Assembly: GCA_013115145.1 (NCBI GenBank)
Contig: JAAPAO010000020.1
Location: 68,811-132,810, forward strand
Direction: 5' to 3'
Length of the DNA: 64,000 nucleotides
Source: Perkinsus chesapeaki ATCC PRA-425
Lineage: Eukaryota > Protista > Perkinsozoa
Both the position numbers and the translations under genes were made by a program. The notes under the pieces were generated by a model. It saw only the letters and a list, made by a program, of their open reading frames with translations, did no database searches and was not told the DNA's origin. This document shows, one piece after another, positions 46,470-59,000 of this stretch (position 1 is the first letter of the stretch; every line of letters begins with the position of its first letter).

Positions 46470-49400
46470 CTACTTCCTCCTGGCCTTCTCTGCCAGCTCC
46501 GTCGCCGAGATGAGGGTGTAGTCTCCGGTCACCGTGGGCTTATAGAACAGCTCGTTGTCCCGCCAATACACCGACCCAACGTTCCCGAATTTGTACACTT
46601 GTCGCCCATCAACCCTCATCCCCGGTTTCTGGACCAGAGGGACATCCGGTGCCAAATCTTCGAGGACGTCTCCAAGGTGGACAGCGACAGCGTGAGAGCT
46701 GAGGCCCGTTGACATCTCCGGTGGGAGGCCATCATTAGGACCACCCTGACAGGTACAGTACGCGACCAACCACTAGAGCAGCAATGGCATCACTACCTTG
46801 CCGTTGGCGCCTGCATCGGAGCTCCCCTCCTTCTCCTCCTCGTCCTGTATTCCTTCCATCAGACTGTCCTCCCTGCCAGTCAGTGCCCTCCTTATAAGAT
46901 ACAAGCCTTGAACCAAGGCATTCCTAGTGGACCCAGCCTCGGCGACTGGACCCAGTAGAGCCCTCCAACCTCGGTACCATTGCAGTACCTGGAGCCGTTA
47001 CACCACTGGCCTCCTCCCCTTCGATGCACTACCTCCCCAAAGCGGATATCATTCTTTTGCTTAAGCCATCTTCGCAGTGCTGCTATCCAATTCGTCGACA
47101 TGAGAGCATCACCAATCAGCTTGCTGCAGGCAGCGGTGGGGACGGTACCATCCCTCGCCCAGTTAACGCATTCTTGTATAATATCACCCTAAACAACAGG
47201 AACCACCTTTACCCACCTAACACAGCCGCTGCCACTACATGCTCCTGGTTGGCCGGATTGACCTGAACTCGTCTGAGCTTCTCGCCCAGGTCACTACACA
47301 TTCTCAGCTGCAGCTGCTTGTAGTCCCCCGGCGGTAGCGTCCCCTTCCAGTCTAGCAAAGCCATCTATACCTCCACCGCAGCTTATTAAAAAGCTTACCC
47401 TTCAGATTGGTTGGAAGCTGGTCCGGTCGAGAGGACAGGGCCGGTCGTATGTGCTCGGAGACCAGTAGCTTCCACGAGGCCTCTGGCACTACCTCCACCA
47501 AGGGCTTCACCAAGGCGAACCTGACCAGAGCAACCTGCTCACGAGGTTCCCGAGCCGACGTACAACAAGTCAGGAGGTGCCCTGGCTATCCTGTCAACCA
47601 GTGATGGCATCACCGCACGCACGAACAGTGCGCTGTATCTGACAGACTCGACCATCATGGAGAGATGACCTCCTCCCGAAGCCGTACACGTATGGAGATG
47701 ACACCTGCTGGAGCGAGTCCAAAAGGGCAACTAGGTCCGTCAGCGATGGGCTGTTGGAGCACAAACGTTGAAGATGGGGGCATACAACGGAGCAGAGGAA
47801 CCTGGCATGGTCATTACCACCCCTGCTCTCATGCGCTGCCTACCGGTCCACATCAGAGTCCTCTAGGATGACATCCTGGACAAGGAGCCCGAGGATCCTA
47901 TTGAACCTGCGGCAAGGCTAGAGCTAAATTTACGTTAAGGACAAAGGCTCTACTCGTCGGCAGTGGTGGCTCTAGAGAGCTCCTTCTGGCCTAAGGCTGC
48001 CGCGGCCGCCAGCAGTACCGAATCCCCATCGACTCGATACCACACTCGACCTCTATCAGCATACTCATCCCTGAGCCTCGAAGAAGCCTCCGATAGCTGA
48101 GCCACACTGTGGCACCCTTGCATGGTCGATCGGAGCTGAGGTATAATGCTACACACCATTCGAATAGCCATCAGCAGCAGCAGCAGTACCTCAGCCTCCA
48201 GGGCCGATGTTGTCCTTAGGTCCTCCTCAATATCCCTCTTATCTGGCAAAGCCTCCGAGTCATTCTTGGCCCGCTCGATCGACGCCTCGATAGCTGCCCG
48301 CCGTCCGACCTTACAGATGAGGCAATGATCAATACGACGTGAATGCCCTTGGGAAACCCTTAGCCATCCACCGTGGTGCATCCCTAGAATACACGCGCAG
48401 CGAGCAACGTTGATAGTATTGTCGACTACAGTACTGGGGGCCAGTGAGAACTGCTACGTTAATATACAAGGTTAGGCAGGAACCGTGATCAGGTGGCATT
48501 GACAAGGTAAACCACGACCGGTATGAACAAGCCAATACGGATCCCAGAGCAGGCTCGGATGACATATATCCCATAAGGGACAGCTCCCACAGTAGGCAGC
48601 CCTTACACCGATAGGACTACTACCAGATCGTCCACTTTCTCCTGTTGCATCTTAAGCATCTCGACCGCATTATGTCGGAGCTCTCCCAAGTGCACTGGCC
48701 CTTCTGATCGTTCCCGTGCTGCCGTCACCGCAGCCCCGAGATCCCCGACTACTTGAGGGCCCATTGGCCCTGTCATGTCAATGACTCTAGACGTCATTGG
48801 CACTAACATCAACAATGTCACCTCTTCAGCAGAGGCCATTCCCTACCTGGCGCCTGGTGCAACCCATCCCCAAAGGCAACTGACTTTGACGCTGTCGTCC
48901 GTCGCTGAGCCTCCCTATACTTCTTCGAGCCCTTCTTCCAGCCTTCGTTCCTCTCTTTATTACCCTCGACCTACCAAACCATCCACACCACCACCCATCA
49001 CCGCGCCTACTACTACCGGTCGTGGTGGTCCCTCGGCCAAGTTAATGATATCAAGGGCGCTTGCTCCGCCTTTAACGCGTCGAGTAGCAGCCTTGTGCCC
49101 GAACAAGTCCTGGTTCACCTGAGCCCATCTCTATGGCCCCGGCATCGACCCAAAAACGGCCGACCTTCTCACCAGTGTCCTGGAGGGCCTCGTTCTTCCT
49201 CCTAACCTTCACCTCGATCGGGTTGGCAATACCCTGCTCATTCTTGCCTAGCCCTCCCCCCTTAAAGCCCATCTTGGCCAACATAGCATAACCTACACCG
49301 TACCTGCCTCAACTCCAACCCCGCCCTCAGCGGACGACTTAGCCCTACTTCGATTTCATCTCCGATTTAGTCATATAGTTGATTGAGGTGCCGTTCCTAT

Positions 49401-49943
49401 CCTCCCCCTCGGGCTCCATGCCCTGCTTGAGGTCGAACTTAGGGTCGAACGACGGTCCCATCTGACGACACCAATCCACGCGCCCCCCCTTCGGTGGCCT
49501 CCTACTACTGGCTGCTCCTCCTTGGCCGGTCCCTCCTCCTGGGCCTCCTGCTTGGGCTGCTTCTTACCGAGCACGAATGCCACCTTTGGAGCCGCACCAC
49601 TCGATGATCCCTATCGACCAGTTCACGCCGCACTTAATAGCAGCTCAAGCCGTACCATCGCCCCTCGGCCGCGCCGGCTTCCCCTCTTCATAGGAGACCC
49701 CAGCCCCGTGTGTTCCAGACCTAAACAGATCGCCGATCGGCCTCCTTACCCGAGACCATTGGTCCTACTCTCCAGTATGTCCTGGTCATAGTCCTCAGGG
49801 CTGCTATCTGGGTAGGAGCCATCCCCTCCACCATCAGATGACTGGTCTTCACTGCCATCACTGTCGTACTCTCCTATGAGATCCGGACCTTTCCGTCGCC
49901 TAGTCCGGACCTGCCCAACCATGAGGACAACTGCACGTCCCAT
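46470..49943 (-). CDS. TFIP11: Tuftelin-interacting protein 11 / Spp382 (Ntr1) spliceosome disassembly factor
   Basis: G-patch [32 protein letters not shown], and C-terminal [33 protein letters not shown]. Confidence 0.85.
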
Positions 49944-50032
49944 TGGCAAGTGGTAGCTTAACGCAAAAGGGGGAGGCATCTAGTGTATGAGACTCAACAA
50001 GAAGAAGAAGAAAGAGCATCATGCAGCACTCA

Positions 50033-51068
50033 TCAACCGAACCCTACGCCACCAAAAAGATCCACCTCGATCAGCATTCGGCCGGTCTTGTGCACTCCGA
50101 CAACAGCCTGAGAGATGCATCCCAAATGCCGCGCTTCAACGTCAAGGACCTGAGCCAGGGCGGCGATAGACTCCACCGTGGCTGAGTTCCCATTCAGAAG
50201 AATGGCTGCCAGACACGGAAACTCGCCACAGCCAATTCGACGCGCTAAGGTGTGGATGGTCCCGTCACCAATAGGGTTACCTGAGACGCATTGTGGCGGC
50301 CTTAATACCAAGGCTACCTCGCAAAGAGAGAAGGTTGAGGCCATCGGACGGCAGGGCCTCCACGAGCCTCTGGCCCAGTTCATCCTGGATGCCCGCGAGG
50401 GAAGCGTCCAAGTGGCGGAGGTGAGCAAGCGAAGTAAGTGCCTCAACGAGGGAGGTCCAGAGAGGGGCGCTTTTAATGCCGGCAACCGACAGGAAATCTA
50501 CACGCGATCCAACGCTGATGGCCGTTATCGTAGTGAAGGCAACTGAAAGCCATTTAACGCCTTTCGTATAGGCAACCCTCCGCAGCTTGTAGCAGCCATG
50601 AAGATCTAGTGACTCCAATGAGTCAAGATTAGTAACGTCGCATTCCTCCAGATGATTGAGCCCAAGACGGAGCTGTCGGATGCCTCCGGGCAGCCTGGGC
50701 ATCTGAGTAATAGCGCATCTTGTCAAATCCAAGTGGCACAGACGTCCGAGGTAGAAGAGATCCACAGGCCCAGCGAGAGGGTTGTCGCTGACATGAAGAG
50801 CCTCGAGGCCTGGAGGCAACAGGGGAATGGTATTCAGTCGGTTTCGAGAGATATCTAGAAGCTTGAGCGAGCTTAGCTGCGGCAGACGGTGGAGGATGCC
50901 ATAGTGAAGAGGGCTCCGTCTAAGTACGGCCCTCATGGAGAGCTCCTCAATATCTCCATCGAAGTCCATGACCATGCTACCATCCATATCGATGGCCATG
51001 ATCCTTCCCTCGTTCGGGTGAGGGAGGCAGGGATGGCCTGTGGGCTGCTGCTGGCCTGGGGTTAACAT
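50033..51068 (-). CDS. Leucine-rich repeat protein
   Basis: LKLLDISRNRL, LEALHVSDNPL, LCHLDLTRCAI and LRHLDASLAGI. A 37-bp intron yields LLSLRGNPIGDGTIHTLA. Confidence 0.85.
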
Positions 51069-51294
51069 TAAGCTGACATGGTGTCAAGGCACTGTAAGGA
51101 GGCGCGGTAACCGCAAGAGAGAGATTGATCGCAATGCCTTAACGTGAAAGGAAAGGCGGAAGGATTCCACGAGGTACCCCAACAGCCACAGCTGCATATT
51201 TGGACCACAACTTTCGCCAGACCGATCGATTTTGTGGCGCTAAGGGCGTGCGTGCATTTTTGGTAGCACCGTCGTCGTCGGCCTCCTCGATGAT

Positions 51295-52791
51295 ATGCTC
51301 TACCACATTGCTGCCTCTACTAACCAAGAATGCTTTCCTACTTCATTAGGACTAACCTCTGAGCAATGCTGCCATCCAAAGCCCTTTGGCGACTTTAACT
51401 GTTGGGACACCCTTGCCCATACCTACTCCCAGTGCTGCATTCCCGTTTACCTACCTTCCTCAGACTGTCTATCCCGGGCTCAGGCTCTGGGCTTGGGAAA
51501 TGCCCCTTGGTGGGTTGGTCTCGAGGCCTGCTGTAGGAACCCTACTGCGCAGGAGTGCTGGAGACCAGAAACGGTTACGGCGTTGAGGGACCATACAACA
51601 GGGGAGCCTTTGGAAGGAGGACACAGTCTTGAGTACGCCAAATGCTGCCTGGGGGCTATTGAGCTGCTGGGTCCCTCTGAAGACTTCGCTAGAGGTGTCA
51701 GAAAGGCCCTTCAGCCATGGCGTGGCTACAGGGAGGTCATAGGCCAGATGGAGGAAGATGACCCACATAGGTGCCTGTATCGGATACGTAGTAATATAAT
51801 ATGGCACTGTAACTTCAGTGAGATCCACTACTGGGATATCACAAGGGCCGCCAACATAGCGATTCATACCTTAGCAGTAGTGGCCCCAAATGGCCTCCCT
51901 GATGTGGACCTATACGTGGCTGGCTACGAGCTAGAGCCACCGAACCCTTCTAGAGGCCCCTACCCTCATCTCCTCTTTGTGTCACGGTTGGCTAAAGCCT
52001 TCAGTGCTACTAGGCGCCAAGGGATCGTTTTGCCTGTATGGGCGCTATTCGGCAGACTGGGTTGGGAGATACCATTAACTTTGGAGAGGACATCGGTGCC
52101 TTGGGAGAAAAAGCTGCCAATACTGTTCTGGCGAGGGACGTTCGATGGCAATAGGTACAGCAGTGGGTTAGTTGAGAAAGGAGCGGTATGGGCTAATGTA
52201 TCCTTCAAGGAGCACTTCCAACGTGTGTTCATTTCTGGTGATGATTGGCAGCTCTATTCTAGGGCTAGACTGGTCCTGTTAAGCAAGACCTATCCTCATC
52301 TCATTGATGCTAAATTCACGGCGGTGGCGGAGACAGCCAGCGCTCGAGTCCAGGCTGAGGTCCGTCGCCTGGGGTTGATGGCTGAGGGGCATGTCCCTAT
52401 AGTGGATCAGGTAGGTCATCTGGGCACCAGACTTGCACTTTGCTGCCTGCAGCTCAGGTACAGGTACCATGTAGACCTGGATGGGTCGGCTAACAGTGAA
52501 AGATTCCTTTGGCTGGCCCAGACTGAGACCACGGTCTTCAGAGTGTACCCTAGACCAATGTACCACTACGCTGACACTTTAGGGTTGGAGCCCTGGATGG
52601 ACTATGTCCCTATTAAGGAGGACCTGTCAGACCTGGTCGGTAAGCTTATGGCGTTGGAGGAGAACAAGGCTCGGGCGATGGCCTTGAGCATGGCCAGGAA
52701 GGCCAAGGAGTGGATGACCTCGTTGGCTGCCCACAGGGCGTTACTGGCCACGATAGAGGAAATTAGCAAGATGCAAAATAGGTCAACTTGA
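51295..52791 (+). CDS. Glycosyltransferase family 90 (CAP10/POGLUT-like) with N-terminal Cys-rich modules
   Basis: WEKKLPILFWRGT, RLVLLSKTYPHLIDAKFT, YRYHVDLDG, LEPWMDYVPIKEDLSDL. Probable in-frame 42-bp intron near 52411-52452. Confidence 0.85.
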   Translation: MLYHIAASTNQECFPTSLGLTSEQCCHPKPFGDFNCWDTLAHTYSQCCIPVYLPSSDCLSRAQALGLGNAPWWVGLEACCRNPTAQECWRPETVTALRDHTTGEPLEGGHSLEYAKCCLGAIELLGPSEDFARGVRKALQPWRGYREVIGQMEEDDPHRCLYRIRSNIIWHCNFSEIHYWDITRAANIAIHTLAVVAPNGLPDVDLYVAGYELEPPNPSRGPYPHLLFVSRLAKAFSATRRQGIVLPVWALFGRLGWEIPLTLERTSVPWEKKLPILFWRGTFDGNRYSSGLVEKGAVWANVSFKEHFQRVFISGDDWQLYSRARLVLLSKTYPHLIDAKFTAVAETASARVQAEVRRLGLMAEGHVPIVDQVGHLGTRLALCCLQLRYRYHVDLDGSANSERFLWLAQTETTVFRVYPRPMYHYADTLGLEPWMDYVPIKEDLSDLVGKLMALEENKARAMALSMARKAKEWMTSLAAHRALLATIEEISKMQNRST

Positions 52792-52902
52792 CTACCTTGC
52801 CATGAATGAAGGTTTTCATGTTGTGTTAGAAGCGTTGAGTTTTAGTCTACAAAGTTGAGCCTTCTTCTCCTTCTCCTCCTCCGATATGTGGGATAATCGG
52901 TC

Positions 52903-54921
52903 ATGTTCCCTGCATGCCTACTGTCCCTACTTGCACTAGCCAAGGCCTCTGAGGACCGCGGTCAGGAAATGGCCGCCTTGGCTGGTGGACGCTTTCAGTG
53001 TCGTACGGATCTCCCTGAGTGGGCAGAGTACCACAAGGCAACCTATTTTGTATCTTTCAACCGTTTCATCACCAAATCAGATATACCGTCGAGCGGAACG
53101 GCAAATCTTCACTCTATGGGATGAAGAGGGCCCAGAGGCCATCCACGACCTGGGAATGGACATCGCGGAGGAGCTAGCGGCCAGCCTAAGGGCTTTAACC
53201 TTGCGGAATGTTACCAGGTGATAAGGGCACGTTGGGCGCTGGGCAATAGGGCTGATGTTAGGGTACTGGAGTGCAATGTGGGGGTTATTGCTGGGCTCCA
53301 TCTCCTGGCCAAAAGGCTTTCCCTGCAGTCCAACGCTGTAGCAGATCAGAGACGGGCTTATAGGCTACTGCAGCTTGCTATGATCTTTATATTTACGCTA
53401 AGGAACGCCGTTAGGATACCAGCTGCCAGCGAGAGGGAGTGGGGCACTAGCAAGGATGAGATCGTCAGGTCCATACATGGGCTTAGGCTGAATCTAGGAT
53501 CGAACGTACCAACTGAGGTGGCAGTGGACCATGACCTGAGGGTGACCGGTATGAGGGTTGGGATAGTATCAATATGCGCCTATCCAGAGGACTCGCCGAT
53601 GCTACTGAGGAGAGTCACACCTCGCAATAGGGAGGCATATACTGCTAGGCACGGCTACAGCAATCTGATGCACCTTGAGAGGCCCATGGGAGCCGAGGTC
53701 CACGTGCAGCACAGCAAGCTCTGGCTGATGGCCGAGTACGTTAGGTCGGGCCAGTACGACTGGTTGGTGTGGATGGACTGTGACTCGATAATAATGAATA
53801 TGACACGCACTATCGACAGCATTGTCATGCAGTACACTCAGAAGGCGGCCGGGCATCAACAGCAGTCCCGGGTAAGGGTGGAGGAGGTGGTACCAGACTA
53901 TAGCGGGCTTTGGCAAGACTCGTTCCAAGATGGTGGAAGCCTTATCGCTATCACGCAGCAGGAGGAGATGCTCTCACTGGTGGCTGAGCAGCTTCCGCTG
54001 GGATCATGGGCACAACTGGTCCTTCCCGAGGGTCTGGTCATTAAGGGCAGCTTCGGGCCTGAGGTGGCCTTGGTGGGTCGGTACCTCGCTGGAGAGATAA
54101 GATGGTCGAATGGAGCTATCTGGCGTCGCATACCGCAGATTGGCGGGTGCTCCTGTGACCTTAGTTTGGACCAGTCCTATCTGGTTGACTATGTCCTCCA
54201 ACTTGGCAGGGGTTGCTCTGCTATGTGTAGAGGAAGGAGCGGTATGGACAAGACTGCACGCGTGCGCAGACGGTGTACTAATGATAGGTGTGATGTTGAG
54301 ATCGATGACAGCATTGACGTCCTTATAACCGAGGAGGGGTGGGGCCTGTCCAGCGCCAACTGGATCATCCGGGGCAATAGCATCTGGAGCCAAAGGCTGC
54401 TCATGGACGCCTTTCATACGGCTCACCATCAGCTACCTCTGTTCGGTGACCAAGACGCCCTAATTTGGCATCTGACCATGGGCTCCGCTACAGACCTTAA
54501 GGGCCGCCATACCTTCCATCCACGAGCGAGGGTCATACCGCAAGGGGCGATAAATGCCTATGACGCCCTCAACGCCTACTACATGGCCTGCGATGCCTTT
54601 AGTGGTCCCAAGGGACATCTGCTGGTCACCTTCCCGGGGTGCCGTGATCCTAGGGCGTGTAACCCCCTCTTTGCTGTGGCATACTCTTACTCCATTGGAG
54701 ACCTGCAGTATAACAGGGAGGACTGGGCCCATGTAAGGGTGCTGGGGCCTGGGCAGAGGGCAGTGGAGATGTTTGAAGGTGGACAGGATGAGACCGGCGG
54801 CGGTGGTATAGCTGAGACCAACAATCAAAGGCCAGTGCCCATCGATGACCATGGTCAGTGTGTGGTGAGCAGTCTCCTAGATGATGCTAGGAAATGTGTA
54901 ATTAGTATCCAGAGCACATGA
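52903..54921 (+). CDS. Glycosyltransferase family 34 (GMA12/MNN10-like) with signal peptide and large internal insert
   Basis: MFPACLLSLLALAKA signal; NREAYTARHGY, HSKLWLM, YDWLVWMDCDSIIMN (DxD), DVLITEEGWGLSSANWIIR, GDQDAL. 31- and 32-bp introns in the 5' part; 3' end uncertain. Confidence 0.85.
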
Positions 54922-55950
54922 CCTTCTGCATGCCTTCCTCTCGCCCATCAACTCGTGTTATTGTTAGTAATGATGTCAATGACAGGTGTAGGTTTATGGT
55001 ATCATCATCAACGGGCCATAGTGAGGTTACCTCCAGAGAGGCGGTGGAGTGGGCGGTGGCGTTATTGAGAGCGGTTGGTCTGGTAAAGCACCGTGGTAAT
55101 GCTAATGTCATTATACTGGCAGGCTCAAGTGGACATCTCCGACTTCCGCTGTCTCCGAGATTCACCCGCGTCCTCATCTTCTGGCCGAGGTGCGAGTATC
55201 CTTCACAGTGCGTGCAGGTTGGTTACCGAGGACAGCAGTCCTCAAACTTGTCTGGCCAACCTCGGCTACCCTCGCTTGGATGAACTGCGGTTGGCTTGCA
55301 GCGATGGCCCCTCGGACGTAGAGGCTATGAGGGCTGTGATGTGGCTCGTGTTCAATAAGTCCACTGGGCTTCGACGGAAGGCAGATGGAACATGGCAGCC
55401 CAACATGCCCCGCGTGCTGCGCATCCTCCTCGGTTTGAACCCACGACCTCTGCCTGTCTCCGCAAGGCCTTCGACCACCAGACCATCCAGCTACGTTGAT
55501 TCTTTCCACGCGGTTCAGCAGGCTGTGGCCGAGATCGATATGCTCGCTCATGAGAACGCCTCTGTAGTGTGTGCCTTAGCCAAGGCAGACTACGGGACGC
55601 CGGCCAGCATGCCCAGTGGGAAGGCCGCCGGTATCCTGAACCCCAAAATGGTGAAGTCCCTGGACCAGTACCGAGAGGAGGTTTCCAAGCTTGAACGCTT
55701 GGCGGCCTGTGAGGTTAAATTTTGCGAGTGGCTTCGATCGACGACAGTATACGATTGCTATGGAGAGAAAGATTCCTCGAAGGTTGGCTTGGGACCTGGA
55801 GGTATCTTTGATTTCTTTTACAGGTACCTAATACGGCGGTAAGGTTGAGTTTACAGAACGAAGAGTTTGATAACATTCTTAGTGAATGCATGTGCATCCT
55901 GTCCAGGCCGCCCTATGGCCTGCATTTTCACAAAGCTGGGGTATACGAGC
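54918..55950 (+). CDS. Hypothetical protein
   Basis: 249-aa ORF 55093-55842 with protein-like composition; flanking exons unresolved. Confidence 0.5.
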
Positions 55951-56008
55951 CCTGACCGGCAGATGATCCGAGTTGTTAATTAATGCTTCGGTGAGTATAT
56001 TGAAATCT

Positions 56009-59000
56009 ATGACCACTCCAGAGGCGTCGGAGAGGAGGAGGACAAGGGTTAGAATAGAAGTGTCCCCACTTAGTGTGCCACAGTCGGCTACGACCGACTC
56101 TCGTAGACTCTCCGAACTCATATCAAGCGATGAGAATTCAGAACGCAGCAAAGGCAACCGAAGAGTGAGAAAGCGACTGTAGAGGAGCTTCTGCTAGTCA
56201 TGTTTGCCAGACGTCCTTGGCGAGCTTGCCTGGGAAGAGGCTGCTACAGCCAAGCCAGCTGGACAATATAGAGGAGCTGCCTCTGGCGGACGCTGAGGCT
56301 TCCTCGTCCAAGAAGGCGTGTCTGAGGCAGGTGGACCCTGTCGATGGCAATGAGGAGAAGGCTGCTGAGTTGAGGAATGAGATCGGAAGGCTACAGGAGA
56401 AGATAGCATGGATGACGTCCAAGGGTGTATCTGGTGTGGACAGTGGCCTAAGATTGGCGGACATGCAAGAGGAGCTCCGACAAGAAAGAGAACATTCTGC
56501 AAGGCTGAAGGTGGTGATATGGGCGGTGTAAGGAGTATCTTAGGTTGAAGCAGGTTAAATATGAGAGGTTGGAGAGAAGAGTAGAGGACTCTGATAGGCT
56601 ACAAGCCGAGCTCAGAGCTGCGAGGGAGGAGGCTAAGGCGTATAGGAATCAAGTTACAGTAGGAAGAATAGGATGACTACTAGCGGCGTTGAGCAGGATC
56701 GGTGGTGCCTACAAGGCCGGTCCATATCAGGTCATTGGTCAGCCTCGCCGTGGAAATGTGTGCCGTGAGGGTCGGAATGAGCTGTAGCGAACGGTGCTGC
56801 AAATTCCAATAGTGTTTGTAGTGGACGAGGAGCGTGAAGTGCCTCTGAAAACCTTTCGTGTCCCCCCTCCCAGCTGGTGTATGCATTCCGATACCTACTG
56901 ACTACCCTATATGGACTCAGCAGCTTGTTGATATAAACTGCAGGCACTGGAGATGAAGGTGGCAGCAGATGATGACCATGACCGAACATTGGCCGCTTTG
57001 ACCAAGATGAATCAGGAGCTGGACCAGCGGGCAACTGAGGCTACCAATGAGACCGAGGGTGTTAGGAAGGTGGGGACGGCGGTGTCGAGCAGCAGCAGCA
57101 GCCCGGCAGAGGTGTGCTCAGGTGTACGAGGAGAAGGTGGCGACATTGAAGGCTGACATGGAGAGACTTCAAGCGACATCGGAGGAAGCAGAGAGGAAGT
57201 TGGAGGCAGATATACAGGAAAGAGTGGCGGAGGCTAAGACGCTTAGTGAACGGATGGAGGAAAAGGAGAAGGTATGCCGCGTGGGGGAGGGGAGTCTGGA
57301 GTGTGGTGTTAGGCTCATGCGGTGGAGGTGGAGGGAATGAAGAGAGCGATGGCCGAACAGAGGGCAAAGCTTGAAGGAGATATGGAGGGGCTGATAAGCG
57401 AGCTGGAGGAGCTACGTAAGCAGTCTTTAACAATGAAGGATAGTATAACTGTGATGGAGAGGGTAACCGTGGGGGCTCGAATCTCTGGTAGACTGGGACT
57501 TGGCCTTAGGACCACGGTGAAGCCGTTGAGGCCTTGAAGAGGAAAGTGGAGTGCGCTGAAGAGGAGCTGGCTCAGGCCAGACAGGCGTTGGAGAGTAGCC
57601 AGGCGGACTTGGCTGAGGTGCGGGGAGAGGGGGAGAGGTATAGATACTTAGATTCAGATGCAAGGGAGGGTCAGTAAGGCTGAGGCTATGGTGGAGGAAA
57701 AGACGGCTTCTCTGGAAGAGGCGGAAGGAGAAATTATGAAGTTGAGGGAACAGCAGATGGCGAGCAGAGAAGAGCAGATGGACGGCCGGAAGAGGCGGAG
57801 GGTGTCTGAGGTGAAACCTCTATTGCTGCTACTGCCGTACTTGTAGGAGGACTTGCTGCTTGCAATAACTCCACTACCCGTCATCTATTATATACTCATT
57901 CATACAAACTGGTCTAAAAATTGTCCGGCGCCGATACTTGATCTTGACACCTTGTTGCCAAGCGCTGGACAATTTTATCGAGCAGTCTGTAATAACTACT
58001 ATCACCGTTCTGCCATCACATAACCCTTATTAACATTCATTCCGTACCACAGCTTGTGCGCTCCTTTTCCTTCAGGAAGGCGGGGACTCAGCCGTAACTG
58101 CCAGAGTTGACCAGTGTACGGCGACTGAAGGGGCTGAGTGGGCCCTATTGGTGAATGCCTCATCGAATACTATTGCACCATCTGAGGAGGAACCAGCTCT
58201 ACTGGAAGGTGCTCAAGCCCAGCAAGAAGAGCTTAGAGAAGAGGTGAAACGGTTAACTGAAGCAATAGAAGTCTATAAGGGCAGAGTGGCCAAGGCCAGG
58301 GAGGAGGGGGATAGGCTGGAGGCTCTGCTGGTTGAGGGCAAGGGGAGGGCTGAGCTGTTCATGCGGCAGAGGGACGCGGAGAGGAGAGGCATGCAGCGGA
58401 TGATAGACGAGCTTGAGGTGGAGGCTAGGAAATACCGTGACGGCTTGGTGGAACGGGAGACGATCGAGGTGGAGGCCTTGGCTGAGGCTATCCTAGGCCG
58501 AGCTACTGAGGCAGCAGTGACAATGGCAGTTGCGAGAGAGATGGGGAAGGCTAGCGAGGGGCTCAGGATGACTATAGAGGAGCTTAGAGTGAGGCTTGGT
58601 GAGGAACAGAGGCATAGAAGGTGTGCTGAGGTGAGTACGGGTGGTAAGTGGGGGTGAATGATGATGTTATAAGTAGGAGACTAACAGAGATCTGGTGGCT
58701 GAAGGAGAGAGAGTGGAGGAGCAATTGAGGGATGTGAGACTGTGGTCGGTTTACTGGGCGATTGTTGTGTCAGGCGGCGAAAGAGTGCAGTGACTTGAAG
58801 GCGGCGCTGGCAGTGTCAGAGGAGGGCCGAGAGCATATGGCTATGGTGGCCTATAACGATGCGACAAGTGGATATGACATTCATATCTTAGGTTAACGCA
58901 GAGGAAGCCGAGGCCCTTAATAGGCTGGATGCGGTGGTTCGGAAGTTGGAGGAAGATAAGCAGGCAACTGAGGCATGTTGGGGCGAGGAGAAGGATACTC

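Noticed and set aside
55425-55460. tRNA-like GGTTTGAACCCACGACCTCT
   Set aside because: It lies inside a long open frame (LLGLNPRPL) with no flanking splice sites or T-run; treated as chance, though ancient exonisation cannot be excluded.
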